Below are positions 16,622 through 25,632 of a DNA stretch of 33,276 nucleotides, in pieces. The notes under the pieces were generated by a model, which was not told the DNA's origin, made no database searches, and saw only the letters and a program-made list of their open reading frames with translations. Both the position numbers and the translations under genes were made by a program. This DNA comes from a virus (taxonomy: Duplodnaviria > Caudoviricetes). The stretch's first letter is position 1. Each line of letters starts with the position of its first letter. Location of the stretch: the IMG/VR virus record IMGVR_UViG_3300038797_000031, positions 1-33,276 of that record. One strand, given 5' to 3'.

Positions 16622-17731
16622 TTACTCCGCGATGGAAAGATCGAGCGCGATGTTCGCGGTCAGATCTTTCGGGCAGTTGAGGGGGCGAACGCTGATGTAC
16701 ACCTCGATCGCGGTTTTGCTCGTCCAATTCAGGACAATGGCGTCGTCTGCCGGCGTTTCGATTTCACCGGGGAACACCTGGCCAGCGAAGGTCGTGGACT
16801 TGGCCATCGCACGCAGCGGAGTCATCAGAAAGGTTTTGTTGCTGGCCATGCTGTTGGCGCTGCTGTTCAAGCGCCGATCACCCACACGACGGATCAGCAG
16901 CGGACGAACGCGGCGTGCGGCCTTGTCGACAATGCGCAGGTACTCGATCACCCGAAAATCGCTACCAGGAGTGTCGAGCATGTTGCCGTCGCCCCAGTAG
17001 ACGCCTTCGTAGTCCGCATAGGTCTGAGTGACCGAGAAGCGCGACTTGTCCAGTTCAGCACGCACGGCCGAGGTCAGCGGCACGCTTTCAGCGTCCACCG
17101 GCACCGGGCCGAGGCCCAGCACAGCACCCGTGGCCACGCGCATTGGACTGTCAGCAATGCTGACTTCGGCAGTGGCCAAGCGGCCGGCCAAGACGCCCAG
17201 GTCGTTGCCGTGGAGTTGAGGCACGCACAGCACGCGCGGCGCAGCCAGGCCTTCGGTGATTGCCTTCTGTTCAGCGAGATACTGCGACCAGCTCATGCCT
17301 GCTTGAATGCCGGCAGACGATGCCATCACGAAAGCGCGGCGACCGTAGGTGTTGCTCAGTCCGATCGCGGCTTCATGCATGTCGCCCAGCTCATCGCCGC
17401 TCGAAACCGGCGTACAGATCACGATCGCTTCGAAGGAGTAGTTCTGCTCCAGAGCGGTGGTCAGCGCGTCCTGCCAGGTCTTTTGCGCGACCAGGGGAAT
17501 CGCCAGGCACGCCCAGCGATCACCGCCGTTCAAGCGTGCGGCGGTCACCTGAGTTTTCAGGTCGCTGGCTGGAATGCCCAGCATCACGTCCAGATCGCTG
17601 TCGGTGTTTAGTGCGATCACCTGGCCCTGACTTTTGGGGCCGGCGCCGATGAAAAGGAAATAGCGCTCCACCTCAGTGACAGCGCCCTGACTGAGATTGA
17701 GATTGTTGACGCTGACTTTACCGAGTGCCAT
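16622..17731 (-). CDS. Tail sheath protein (DUF2586)
   Basis: VSVNNLNLSQG, IADSPMRVATG, YEGVYWGDG, IEYLRIVDKAARR motifs. Confidence 0.9.
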   Translation of the reverse strand: MALGKVSVNNLNLSQGAVTEVERYFLFIGAGPKSQGQVIALNTDSDLDVMLGIPASDLKTQVTAARLNGGDRWACLAIPLVAQKTWQDALTTALEQNYSFEAIVICTPVSSGDELGDMHEAAIGLSNTYGRRAFVMASSAGIQAGMSWSQYLAEQKAITEGLAAPRVLCVPQLHGNDLGVLAGRLATAEVSIADSPMRVATGAVLGLGPVPVDAESVPLTSAVRAELDKSRFSVTQTYADYEGVYWGDGNMLDTPGSDFRVIEYLRIVDKAARRVRPLLIRRVGDRRLNSSANSMASNKTFLMTPLRAMAKSTTFAGQVFPGEIETPADDAIVLNWTSKTAIEVYISVRPLNCPKDLTANIALDLSIAE

Positions 17732-17742
17732 GCAGTGCCTCG

Positions 17743-18423
17743 TTAGCGGGGTGAATTTAGGATTTGTTGCAGCACCAGGTTCACCAGCTCGCTGGTTTCT
17801 GATTCCGTGCCGGGGCCGAGGAACTGACGTTTTGGCAGGGTGATCTCCCAGCTTTGCGCACCAGTTGACTCGGATTTCTCATCGTCCAGGAGGCGGATCA
17901 GCAAACCCGCCTTGGCGTAATTCAAATGCTCCTGAATCCACGCCACAGACGGGCGTGTCAGGTTTTTCTTACCGGCCTGCCGGGTTTTGAACCCCAACCG
18001 GCGCAGGCGCTTTGCCTGCTTTTCCGTCGCGGCCAGACCTTCAGGAACCTTGTTCCACTGGCGCATCTGCGCGGCAGTGCGGCGCTCGGATACGCCGTTG
18101 TGTTGCTGGGAGGCAACCCAGCGGGTCAGCGCGTTGCGCCAGCCCAGCTCGGCCTCGTCAGCGTCCAACCGGGTGACCTCGAGCAGCTTGCCCAGGCCGG
18201 ACTCCATCTTCTTCTTGCCCTTCGACGACCCTTTGCGAGCCTCGAATGGCGAACCGTCCAGGTTCTGCTGATCGCGGATCCGCTGACGGCTTTTGCTGCG
18301 CACGCGCTTGCTGACGTTATTGAGCAAACGCCGGCGCAACTGCGGCGGAAGCTCCATCAGCGCAAGCTGTTTCTCCACGTCCAACATCCCGCGGATATCG
18401 CGCTCAAACGTGCTACGCGCCAC
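17743..18423 (-). CDS. Virion morphogenesis / tail completion protein (gpS-like)
   Basis: QQNLDGSPFEARK and LPKRQFLG motifs; GTG start at 18423 after GAGGTGG. Confidence 0.85.
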   Translation of the reverse strand: MARSTFERDIRGMLDVEKQLALMELPPQLRRRLLNNVSKRVRSKSRQRIRDQQNLDGSPFEARKGSSKGKKKMESGLGKLLEVTRLDADEAELGWRNALTRWVASQQHNGVSERRTAAQMRQWNKVPEGLAATEKQAKRLRRLGFKTRQAGKKNLTRPSVAWIQEHLNYAKAGLLIRLLDDEKSESTGAQSWEITLPKRQFLGPGTESETSELVNLVLQQILNSPR

Positions 18424-18856
18424 GGCTGGCCACCTCGCCTTTTTCCGCGACCCACAGCTCGAACGGCTTGAACGCGTAGAACTTGCCGAAGGCTTCAATC
18501 TCCCCGTCGTCGGCCTCGGAGAGGTATTGCGGTTCGCTGAACTGCAGCTTGATGTCCACGTCGGCCAGATCGTTGTCGAGCATCGTCACGTCGAACACCG
18601 GCGCCGGCAGACCATCACGGTCATCGTCGTTCGTCTCCAGCCAGCTACCGACCAGCGCCATCAGGCGAGCCGGGTTGTCGGCAAAGCGCTCAAGCACGAT
18701 CGTCGCGCCGTAGTTCATATCGCCCATGCGCATGCCGTCGACGTCGGGCTTCCAGATCAGCTCGAGGCTGACCTGGTCGGTCCAGCTGTCGAGCTGCTCG
18801 GGTTCGACCAGGCGGCGCTCAATCAGGTATGAGGTCAGGGCACGGAGCTTGATCAT
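18413..18856 (-). CDS. Tail completion protein (gpR-like)
   Basis: 147-aa acidic ORF at the P2 R position. Confidence 0.8.
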   Translation of the reverse strand: MIKLRALTSYLIERRLVEPEQLDSWTDQVSLELIWKPDVDGMRMGDMNYGATIVLERFADNPARLMALVGSWLETNDDDRDGLPAPVFDVTMLDNDLADVDIKLQFSEPQYLSEADDGEIEAFGKFYAFKPFELWVAEKGEVASRGA

Positions 18857-19341
18857 TGAATGAACTCGCCCAGGTAGTTCAGGCGAAATTGCGCCGGTGA
18901 CATGGTTTTTCGAACCGCTGCCAAATCAAGGTGGTGCATCTCGAAAGGCCACAGAAAGCGCTGATAGTGGTTTCCGTGGACCTCGATCAATCGCAGCAGC
19001 AGATCATTGCTCGGAGTGTCGCGGTCCGGATCCCGCTGTCGGCTAGCGGTAGTGGAGTAGTAAGCACCCGCGCGCAGCTGGGTGGTTTTCAGCCAATCGA
19101 ATTCGTCGTAGAACCAGACGGCGGTATCCGCATTGATCTCGTCTGGCACCGGATCACCATCACGCACCACGCATACGCCTACCAACTTGAAACGCAGGAA
19201 GTCATACAGCCCAGGCGAGCAGACAAACACGACTTGCTTGCCTTGAACGGCGATGTCGATGGCCATGCGGCGAAGCCGACTCGTTTTGCCAGTCATCCGA
19301 GGCGAGATTTCCAAGTACGCGATCTTCAATGGCTGGCTCAT
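18853..19341 (-). CDS. Small terminase-like P-loop ATPase (stand-alone ATPase domain, 162 aa)
   Basis: SPRMTGKT (Walker A), WFYDEF (Walker B), YYSTT (motif III-like), MSPAQFRLNYLGEF; ATGA overlaps at both ends. Confidence 0.75.
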   Translation of the reverse strand: MSQPLKIAYLEISPRMTGKTSRLRRMAIDIAVQGKQVVFVCSPGLYDFLRFKLVGVCVVRDGDPVPDEINADTAVWFYDEFDWLKTTQLRAGAYYSTTASRQRDPDRDTPSNDLLLRLIEVHGNHYQRFLWPFEMHHLDLAAVRKTMSPAQFRLNYLGEFIQ

Positions 19342-19799
19342 AACAGCGCCGCCGTGATGCGGCCACGGCCCTGCAGCGATCGCACGGCCTGCTGACTGAA
19401 CTCCAGAAACGTTTCCTTGCGCTCGGGGGCTTCCTTGCCCAAGTTCTCGGCACTTTCGCGACGTATGATCGAGGCGAACTCCGGCAGCAAGCTGGCCTTG
19501 GCGCGGCAATACACGGCGCGCTTGTACGTCTCAGCTTGAAAGGTGCGCTCCGGCAGGACGGTGGTGTCTGCAGATTCAACGCGTGACACTCCAGCGCCCT
19601 GCCAGCGCGCTTTTAAACTGGCCAGATCACTGTTGACCTGCGCCATGGCCGTAGCCAGGTTGATGACCAGCATCTCTACCAGGTGCTCCGCCGGCAGGCG
19701 GTAGCCCTTCTGGAACTCGGTCACGGAGAGGTCCGGCCAGAAGCCGTCGTTCTCGATCGCATGCTCCACAAAGGTGGTGGGTTTCCCGGAAAAGCTCAT
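19338..19799 (-). CDS. Head completion/stabilisation protein (gpL-like)
   Basis: NDGFWPDL and YKRAVYCRAKA motifs; start MSFSGK. Confidence 0.9.
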   Translation of the reverse strand: MSFSGKPTTFVEHAIENDGFWPDLSVTEFQKGYRLPAEHLVEMLVINLATAMAQVNSDLASLKARWQGAGVSRVESADTTVLPERTFQAETYKRAVYCRAKASLLPEFASIIRRESAENLGKEAPERKETFLEFSQQAVRSLQGRGRITAALL

Positions 19800-19896
19800 T
19801 GCTGGCCGCTCGAATAGGGCGGGGAGCCTGTTTTCAGTGGGACGGTCCATAAATGGGCGGCTCACTTCCACAGGTCCCCGCTGGGGGGGTAGTCGG

Positions 19897-20619
19897 TTAC
19901 TCGGAAGCCGGGTTAGCGGCCGCTTGTTTTTCCAAGGCCCTGCGGACCTCTTTGATGCGAGTGTTGTTACCCGCTGCCGCGTAGAGCTCCGTGGAGCGCT
20001 CGAGATGCTTGAGCGCGACGTCCCACTGCTTCGCCTCCATGGCGCGAATACCGATCAACTTGTGGTACTTGCTTGGGATCTGCTCCGTCAGTTGCCATTC
20101 GCCATCAACACGCGGCAACAGATCGGACAGGTAGGGCTCAGGGCTGCGCTGGGCGGTGTGTTCGGCGAGTGCCCAGTCATATACGGCGTCAGCAACAAAG
20201 GTCTGGATATCCCGGCGGAAGCGCTCCGGCATCTGCTGGCCCTGCTCCATCAGGAAGTCAGCCAGTTCCAGGGCGTCTTCGAACTGGGACGTGTCGAACA
20301 GCCAGACCATGACCTGCACAGCTACGCGGTTCGGGAAATTCAATCCCGATTCGCAGTAGCGCTGGACGTATTCCTGGTACTTGGGCAAAAGCTCATTGCG
20401 CTTGAGCAACTGCTTACTGGCCAAGTTGTTTAGGTCACTCAGGCGCGCCAGATCCACGTCCAATGCTGCTTCCTGCAGCATCAGGTTCTTGCGCGCATTA
20501 GCAGGACTGCTCAGCGCATCAGCTGGGGTGTAAGGCATAGCCGCGCTCGACTGCGCTGCGGCAACAGCGGTTACACCCATGGCCAAGGTGCGGCGCTTGT
20601 GCGCCAGGGCCAGGCTCAC
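19897..20619 (-). CDS. Terminase small (endonuclease) subunit (gpM-like)
   Basis: KRNELLPKY and VMVWLFD motifs; follows the capsid gene. Confidence 0.9.
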   Translation of the reverse strand: MSLALAHKRRTLAMGVTAVAAAQSSAAMPYTPADALSSPANARKNLMLQEAALDVDLARLSDLNNLASKQLLKRNELLPKYQEYVQRYCESGLNFPNRVAVQVMVWLFDTSQFEDALELADFLMEQGQQMPERFRRDIQTFVADAVYDWALAEHTAQRSPEPYLSDLLPRVDGEWQLTEQIPSKYHKLIGIRAMEAKQWDVALKHLERSTELYAAAGNNTRIKEVRRALEKQAAANPASE

Positions 20620-21635
20620 GCCGCGAGCTCCACGTTCTCGGTCAGTGCGATCTTTTCCAACTGCTCGATCACATAACCTTCGTTGCGGCTGTTGTAGTCC
20701 TCGACGCGGGAGCGTTTCGGGTTGTCGACCGTCTGCTTACGCCAGCTGGAGTCCTGGAAGTAGATCGACAGGTTGTCCCAACTGGTAACCAGCACGCCGT
20801 TGACCGGGAAAAACGGCACGCTGAAGCTCGGCAGACCGCCGTAGGTGGCGATCACCTGAGCATCTTCAATGCGTTCTTTTTCGGTCGGGACGTCGCCCTG
20901 TTTGGCGTACAGCTTGGCCTTGTCAGCGGCCAACAGGTCGGAGCCGATAATCGCGATCAGGTCGCCGCCGTCACGCAGGCGCTCGTCCACCATCTGTTTG
21001 GTGTCGTGCACCAGGGCATCGAGGTTTGCGTAGTCACCGTTCGGGCCGAGGGTGACTTTGCCGGCGACCTTGCCTTCCTTGAGCACCTGCTGCGGGGCCT
21101 GATCGCGCAGTTGCTGCAGCCAGCCTTTGTTGACGTCCTGCAACATCGGAAACAGCTCGATGTCGCTCTGATCGGCAGCATGCGTGCCGTGGAAGCCGAC
21201 CATGATGCGGTCCAGGGCGATCTGTTTCTGAACGGCTGCGGAGTATTTCTGGTGGAAGTCTGGGAACTTGGCCCAGGCATCGATTTTCGCGTACGGCAGA
21301 CCCACGTCGGATTCGGTGGAAGACAGCTCATACGTGGACTGATCCAGCGCCGACGCATCTTTGGCTTCGCGGTCTTTCGTCTTCGTATTGGTGCGACCGG
21401 TAACTGGGCCGGACACGCCGAGGAACACCTTTTGCCCTTTGATCTCGGTCACCGGAATGACGTTGATCCGCTGCAGGAAGTCCGACTTGGCCGTGATGGC
21501 CTCGTTCAGCTCCTGGGCAATGGTCGGCTCGACGCTGAACTGCTTCGTGGCGAGTTCAACGTCGTAGTTTTCAGCAATGGCGAGCTGCAGCTCCGCGTAC
21601 ATTTGGGCGCCGAAGGCACTCAGGGAATAGGCCAT
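20616..21635 (-). CDS. Major capsid protein, P2 family (gpN)
   Basis: ALDRIMVGFHG and LQDVNKGWLQ motifs. Confidence 0.96.
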   Translation of the reverse strand: MAYSLSAFGAQMYAELQLAIAENYDVELATKQFSVEPTIAQELNEAITAKSDFLQRINVIPVTEIKGQKVFLGVSGPVTGRTNTKTKDREAKDASALDQSTYELSSTESDVGLPYAKIDAWAKFPDFHQKYSAAVQKQIALDRIMVGFHGTHAADQSDIELFPMLQDVNKGWLQQLRDQAPQQVLKEGKVAGKVTLGPNGDYANLDALVHDTKQMVDERLRDGGDLIAIIGSDLLAADKAKLYAKQGDVPTEKERIEDAQVIATYGGLPSFSVPFFPVNGVLVTSWDNLSIYFQDSSWRKQTVDNPKRSRVEDYNSRNEGYVIEQLEKIALTENVELAA

Positions 21636-21636
21636 G

Positions 21637-22557
21637 TCAGAGCACCCGCTTTTTGACAGTGGTTACAGGACCCGCGTTGCGCGGCAACTGGCGACCGTTC
21701 GAGGTGTTCTGCAGCGCAGAGAATTGCTTCTGCAGCGCGTCCAGTTTCGCCAATACGGATTGATTGCCATTGGCCTTGCGGCGGAACTCGCGCTCCTCCT
21801 CGGCAGTGGCGACGATGTCGTCTACGGCCGTGCTGACATCATCGATCAGATCCTGATCGGGTTCGGGTGCATCTGCGGCGGCGGGCTCAATGACGGCTTG
21901 AAGGCCGGCAGCGACAACCAGCAGCTGCGCCACCAGGGCTGTCAAAGCCGTTGCTGTAGCTTCATCCATTGGGGGTTTGCTCTCTGTGTTGGGTGGAGTG
22001 GGTTCGGTGGGCAGCACGTCGGTGGCGAACCGCTTGAAAAAAGCAGTCAGGGCGTTGATTAATCCGCTCTCGCCGGTATTCGGGCTGTCATCCTGCAGGC
22101 GGCCAAGTTCGACCGAGGCCGCGTAATACGAGGCGCGGTTATTCTTGTGGGAGAAATAGAGTTCCTGAGTGCCTACGCTCGCGGGCTGGTCGGTTACGCC
22201 CATGCCGGTCAGGTAGGCTTTGCCCTTGCCTCGGAAGTCGGGGGTGATCTCGATGCTGGTGAACAGTTTCTGGCCCTGGTCATTCAGGTAGAGCAGACGA
22301 TCGTTAGGCTTCAATTGCGCTTCCAGCGCCACTTCGCCCGGTTCCAGATCTTCGGCTTCTTCCACGAGGCGGACGGCGTAAACGGTGCCGTGGGAACCAG
22401 GCCAGCGCTCGTGATCGCACCAGATCACTGCCGTGTAAAAGGATGGCTTGTAGGTTTCAGCGATATCGCGCAGTTCCTGGGGAAGGATCACTCGGCCATC
22501 AACGGTCGCGCCGCTGGTGGCGACACGTTTCCAGAACGAAACAAGGGAACGGGGCAT
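21637..22557 (-). CDS. Capsid scaffolding protein (gpO)
   Basis: VATSGATVDGR, FTSIEI, YLTGMGVTDQPASVGT motifs. Confidence 0.94.
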   Translation of the reverse strand: MPRSLVSFWKRVATSGATVDGRVILPQELRDIAETYKPSFYTAVIWCDHERWPGSHGTVYAVRLVEEAEDLEPGEVALEAQLKPNDRLLYLNDQGQKLFTSIEITPDFRGKGKAYLTGMGVTDQPASVGTQELYFSHKNNRASYYAASVELGRLQDDSPNTGESGLINALTAFFKRFATDVLPTEPTPPNTESKPPMDEATATALTALVAQLLVVAAGLQAVIEPAAADAPEPDQDLIDDVSTAVDDIVATAEEEREFRRKANGNQSVLAKLDALQKQFSALQNTSNGRQLPRNAGPVTTVKKRVL

Positions 22558-22593
22558 GGGGATAACTGCGCTCAATCGGTGATTTGAGCCGCC

Positions 22594-22712
22594 AAGATAT
22601 GGAGCAAACCGCCCCCTAACAAACGGTTCAATTGCGCGTTCCTCCTAGATTCAAGATCTAGGTAAATCGCAGAATTTAACCCCGCGTTTTCACTGTTTTC
22701 GCCGCATAGACT
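22594..22712. promoter_or_regulatory. Divergent late promoters with a central palindromic activator site
   Basis: CCTAGAT-N5-ATCTAGG at 22644-22662; -10 elements TATCTT (minus, 22599-22594) and TAGACT (plus, 22707-22712), each starting 54 bp from the palindrome centre. Confidence 0.6.
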
Positions 22713-22719
22713 GCGGCCC

Positions 22720-24777
22720 ATGTACTACTCGACCGAAGTTAAAGAAGCCGCCAAACGCCTTTTTCTGCGCCGCTGTAAGGCCAAGGAAATTCAGGCGCAA
22801 CTCAACCTGCCCAACATCCGGATCGTCTACTACTGGATCCGCCAGGGTGGATGGGAGGACATGCTGTCGGACGAGGAGCCGCTGACCGCTGTTGGCCGGC
22901 GTATCACGTTGCTCCTGGACAAGGTCGGCAGCCTGTCCAAGGACGATTTAAACGAACTCGACCGGCTGACCGCCGTGCGCGAACGACTGCTAAAGCAAGC
23001 GGCCAAACCGGCGCCGGCGGCGGCATCGATCGGAGACGATCCGGGCGATTCCTCGGAACCTCGCCAGCGACCGCGTGGCGAACGTTCCGGCCGTGGTGAA
23101 GGCGGCGGCAAGAAGAAAGAGAAGAAGGCCAAGAACGACATCAGCGGGCTGACCGAAGTCGACTTCCTGGATAAGTTCATCAGCAAAATGTACCGCTACC
23201 AGCAGGAGCTGTTCGCGGCCAAACAGAACCCGCTGACCTGCCGAATCCGCAACATTCTCAAAAGTCGGCAGGTGGGCCTGACCTACTACTTCGCCGGCGA
23301 AGCGTTCATGGACGCGGTGTTGAGTGGCGACAACCAGGTGTTCCTGTCGGCCAGCCGATCGCAGTCCGAGATCTTCCGCAGCTACATCATCCAGTTCGGA
23401 AAGCAGTGGTTCGACATCGAGCTGACTGGCAACCCGATCGTGCTGAGCAACGGCGCCGAACTGCGCTTTCTCAGCACCAACAGCAGCACCGCCCAGGGCT
23501 ACCACGGTCACGTCTACGTCGACGAATATTTCTGGATCCGCGACTTCGAAAAACTAAGCACCGTGGCCAGCGCCATGGGCACCCACAAGAAATGGCGCAA
23601 GACCTATTTCTCGACGCCCAGCGCGGTGTCGCACCAGGCCTACCCGTTCTGGACCGGCGAAGAATTCCGCAACAGCAAGCGTGGAAAAAAGGCCGGCGGC
23701 ACTTGGCCGATCGAGGCGGCGTACACCCAAGGTGCGCTGTGTCCGGACGGCCAATGGCGCAAGACCATCACTATTCAAGATGCGATCGACGGCGGCTGCG
23801 ATCTGTTCGACCTCGAGCAGCTGCAGCTGGAGTACGACGAGGACAAGTTTCAGCAGCTCTTCTACTGCAAGTTCATCGACAGCACACAGAGCGCGTTCGG
23901 CCTCAAGGATCTGGAGCGGTGCTACTCCGACCTGTCGTTGTGGGAGGACTACAAGCCCGACGAGGAACGTCCGTACGGCAACAGCCCGGTCTGGCTGGGC
24001 TACGACCCGAGCCGGACTCGCGACGACGCGACGTGCGTTGTCATCGCCCCGCCGCTCGAGCCAGGCGCGAAGTTCCGGATCTTGGAGAAGCACAGCTGGC
24101 GTGGCCATTCGTTCACCTACCAGGCCGCCCAGGTCAAGAAGCTGACCGAGCGCTTCAACGTCCAGCACATCGGTATCGATGTCACCGGCGTGGGTTACGG
24201 CGTGTTCGACCTGGTGCGCGACTTCTACGCCAAAGCAACGCCGATTCATTACAGCCTCGAGGCGAAAAACGCCCTGGTGCTCAAGGCCCAGGACACGATC
24301 CAAGGCAGCCGCATCGAGTGGGATGCCGGATGGACCGATATCGCCCAGGCGTTCCTGACCATCAAGCGAGGCACCACCAACAGCGGCCAAGTCACCTACA
24401 GCGCTTCGCGCACCGACGCGACCGGCCACGCCGATATCGCTTGGGCGGTCATGCACGCCCTGGCCAACGAACCTTTGAACACCAACAAGCGGCGTCGTAG
24501 CCGCTACGTCACGAGTGGAAACAATGCCCAAGCATCGACGCAGAAATCGCCCGGTCAACCAGCAGGCGCAACAGCAGCAGCCCATGCGGGCGTTTACGTT
24601 CGGCGAACCCGAGCAGGTGCTGTCGGGCAACATCGGCGAGTACCTGGGGGTGTTCCTCAGCGACGACGGCGAGATCTACAAGCCGCCGGTGTCGCGTCCC
24701 GGCCTGGCGAAACTGTTGCGCGCCAATGCGCACCACGGCGCAATCCCGAAGTTCAAGCGCAACCTGCTGCTGCGTGA
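22720..24777 (+). CDS. Terminase large (ATPase) subunit (gpP)
   Basis: N-terminal HTH, KSRQVGLT, VYVDEY, YFSTP, GYDPSRTRD, GHADIAWA motifs. Confidence 0.96.
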   Translation: MYYSTEVKEAAKRLFLRRCKAKEIQAQLNLPNIRIVYYWIRQGGWEDMLSDEEPLTAVGRRITLLLDKVGSLSKDDLNELDRLTAVRERLLKQAAKPAPAAASIGDDPGDSSEPRQRPRGERSGRGEGGGKKKEKKAKNDISGLTEVDFLDKFISKMYRYQQELFAAKQNPLTCRIRNILKSRQVGLTYYFAGEAFMDAVLSGDNQVFLSASRSQSEIFRSYIIQFGKQWFDIELTGNPIVLSNGAELRFLSTNSSTAQGYHGHVYVDEYFWIRDFEKLSTVASAMGTHKKWRKTYFSTPSAVSHQAYPFWTGEEFRNSKRGKKAGGTWPIEAAYTQGALCPDGQWRKTITIQDAIDGGCDLFDLEQLQLEYDEDKFQQLFYCKFIDSTQSAFGLKDLERCYSDLSLWEDYKPDEERPYGNSPVWLGYDPSRTRDDATCVVIAPPLEPGAKFRILEKHSWRGHSFTYQAAQVKKLTERFNVQHIGIDVTGVGYGVFDLVRDFYAKATPIHYSLEAKNALVLKAQDTIQGSRIEWDAGWTDIAQAFLTIKRGTTNSGQVTYSASRTDATGHADIAWAVMHALANEPLNTNKRRRSRYVTSGNNAQASTQKSPGQPAGATAAAHAGVYVRRTRAGAVGQHRRVPGGVPQRRRRDLQAAGVASRPGETVARQCAPRRNPEVQAQPAAA

Positions 24778-25567
24778 GCTGGTTCCCTCGGCCGGCTGCA
24801 GCGCCCGAACGATGGGCTGCGCGGGGCTGGATTACATGGTGTTTGGCGAAGCGTTCTTCTATCGCGACACCAACGCCTTCGGCCAAGTCCTGGAGCTGCA
24901 GCACCTGGCAGCGATCAACATGCGGATCAAGGTCGACGGTGGCTTCCGGATGCTGCTGCCCGACAACAAGTTCATGGACTTCGACCAGGACGAGATCGAG
25001 CACGTGCTCGACTATGACGTGGAACAGAACATCTACGGAGTGCCGGACTACCTGGGCGGCATGCAGGCGCTGCTGCTCAACGAAGCCGCCACGTTGTTCC
25101 GCCGGCGTTACTACAGCAACGGCGCCCACGCCGGCTACATCTTCTACACCAACGACCCGGACCTGACCGAGGAGGACGAAGACAACCTGCGCGCGCAGAT
25201 CAGCTCCAGCAAGGGCGTGGGCAACTTCCGCTCGATGTTCGTGAACATCCCGAACGGCAAAGAGAACGCGATCCAGATCATCCCCGTAGGCGACTTCCAA
25301 GCCAAAGACGAGTTGGAGAAGGTGAAGAACATCACCCGCAACGACGTGATCGCCGCTTGGCGAATGAACCCAGCGCTCGCCGGCATCATTCCGGAGAACA
25401 GCGGTGGTTTTGGCGACATCGAAAAGATTGACCGGGTCTACACCAGCAACGAGATCCGGCCGATCTGTCAGCTGTTCAACCAAGTCAATGACACCTTACG
25501 GCCAGACAGGCGAATCAACTGGAGAGAAGCGGATATTCCAGTTGATCCCACTGCATCCGGTGCTTAG
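24524..25567 (+). CDS. Portal protein (gpQ, PBSX family)
   Basis: IYGVPDYLG, FRRRYYSNGAHAG, GGFGDIEK motifs; ATG 24524 (alternative GTG 24515). Confidence 0.95.
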   Translation: MPKHRRRNRPVNQQAQQQQPMRAFTFGEPEQVLSGNIGEYLGVFLSDDGEIYKPPVSRPGLAKLLRANAHHGAIPKFKRNLLLRELVPSAGCSARTMGCAGLDYMVFGEAFFYRDTNAFGQVLELQHLAAINMRIKVDGGFRMLLPDNKFMDFDQDEIEHVLDYDVEQNIYGVPDYLGGMQALLLNEAATLFRRRYYSNGAHAGYIFYTNDPDLTEEDEDNLRAQISSSKGVGNFRSMFVNIPNGKENAIQIIPVGDFQAKDELEKVKNITRNDVIAAWRMNPALAGIIPENSGGFGDIEKIDRVYTSNEIRPICQLFNQVNDTLRPDRRINWREADIPVDPTASGA

Positions 25568-25594
25568 CTAAGAGATTGCCACTACATATTGTGG
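25548..25594 (+). promoter_or_regulatory. Tandem NrdR-like boxes upstream of ogr
   Basis: CCACTACATATTGTGG (25579-25594) fits acaCwAtATaTwGtgt; a degenerate copy CCACTGCATCCGGTGC starts 31 bp upstream. Confidence 0.5.
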
Positions 25595-25632
25595 CAATAT
25601 GGTGGCGATTGGCTGCCCTGGGGAGGGACAAA

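Noticed and set aside
5277-22587. Many plus-strand ORFs, e.g. 16253-17611 (452 aa), 11027-11968, 7805-8692
   Set aside because: Antisense shadows of well-supported GC-rich structural genes
22830-25483. Alternative-frame and antisense ORFs within terL and portal (e.g. 23406-24500, 23554-24633)
   Set aside because: Low-complexity frame artefacts of high-GC coding DNA
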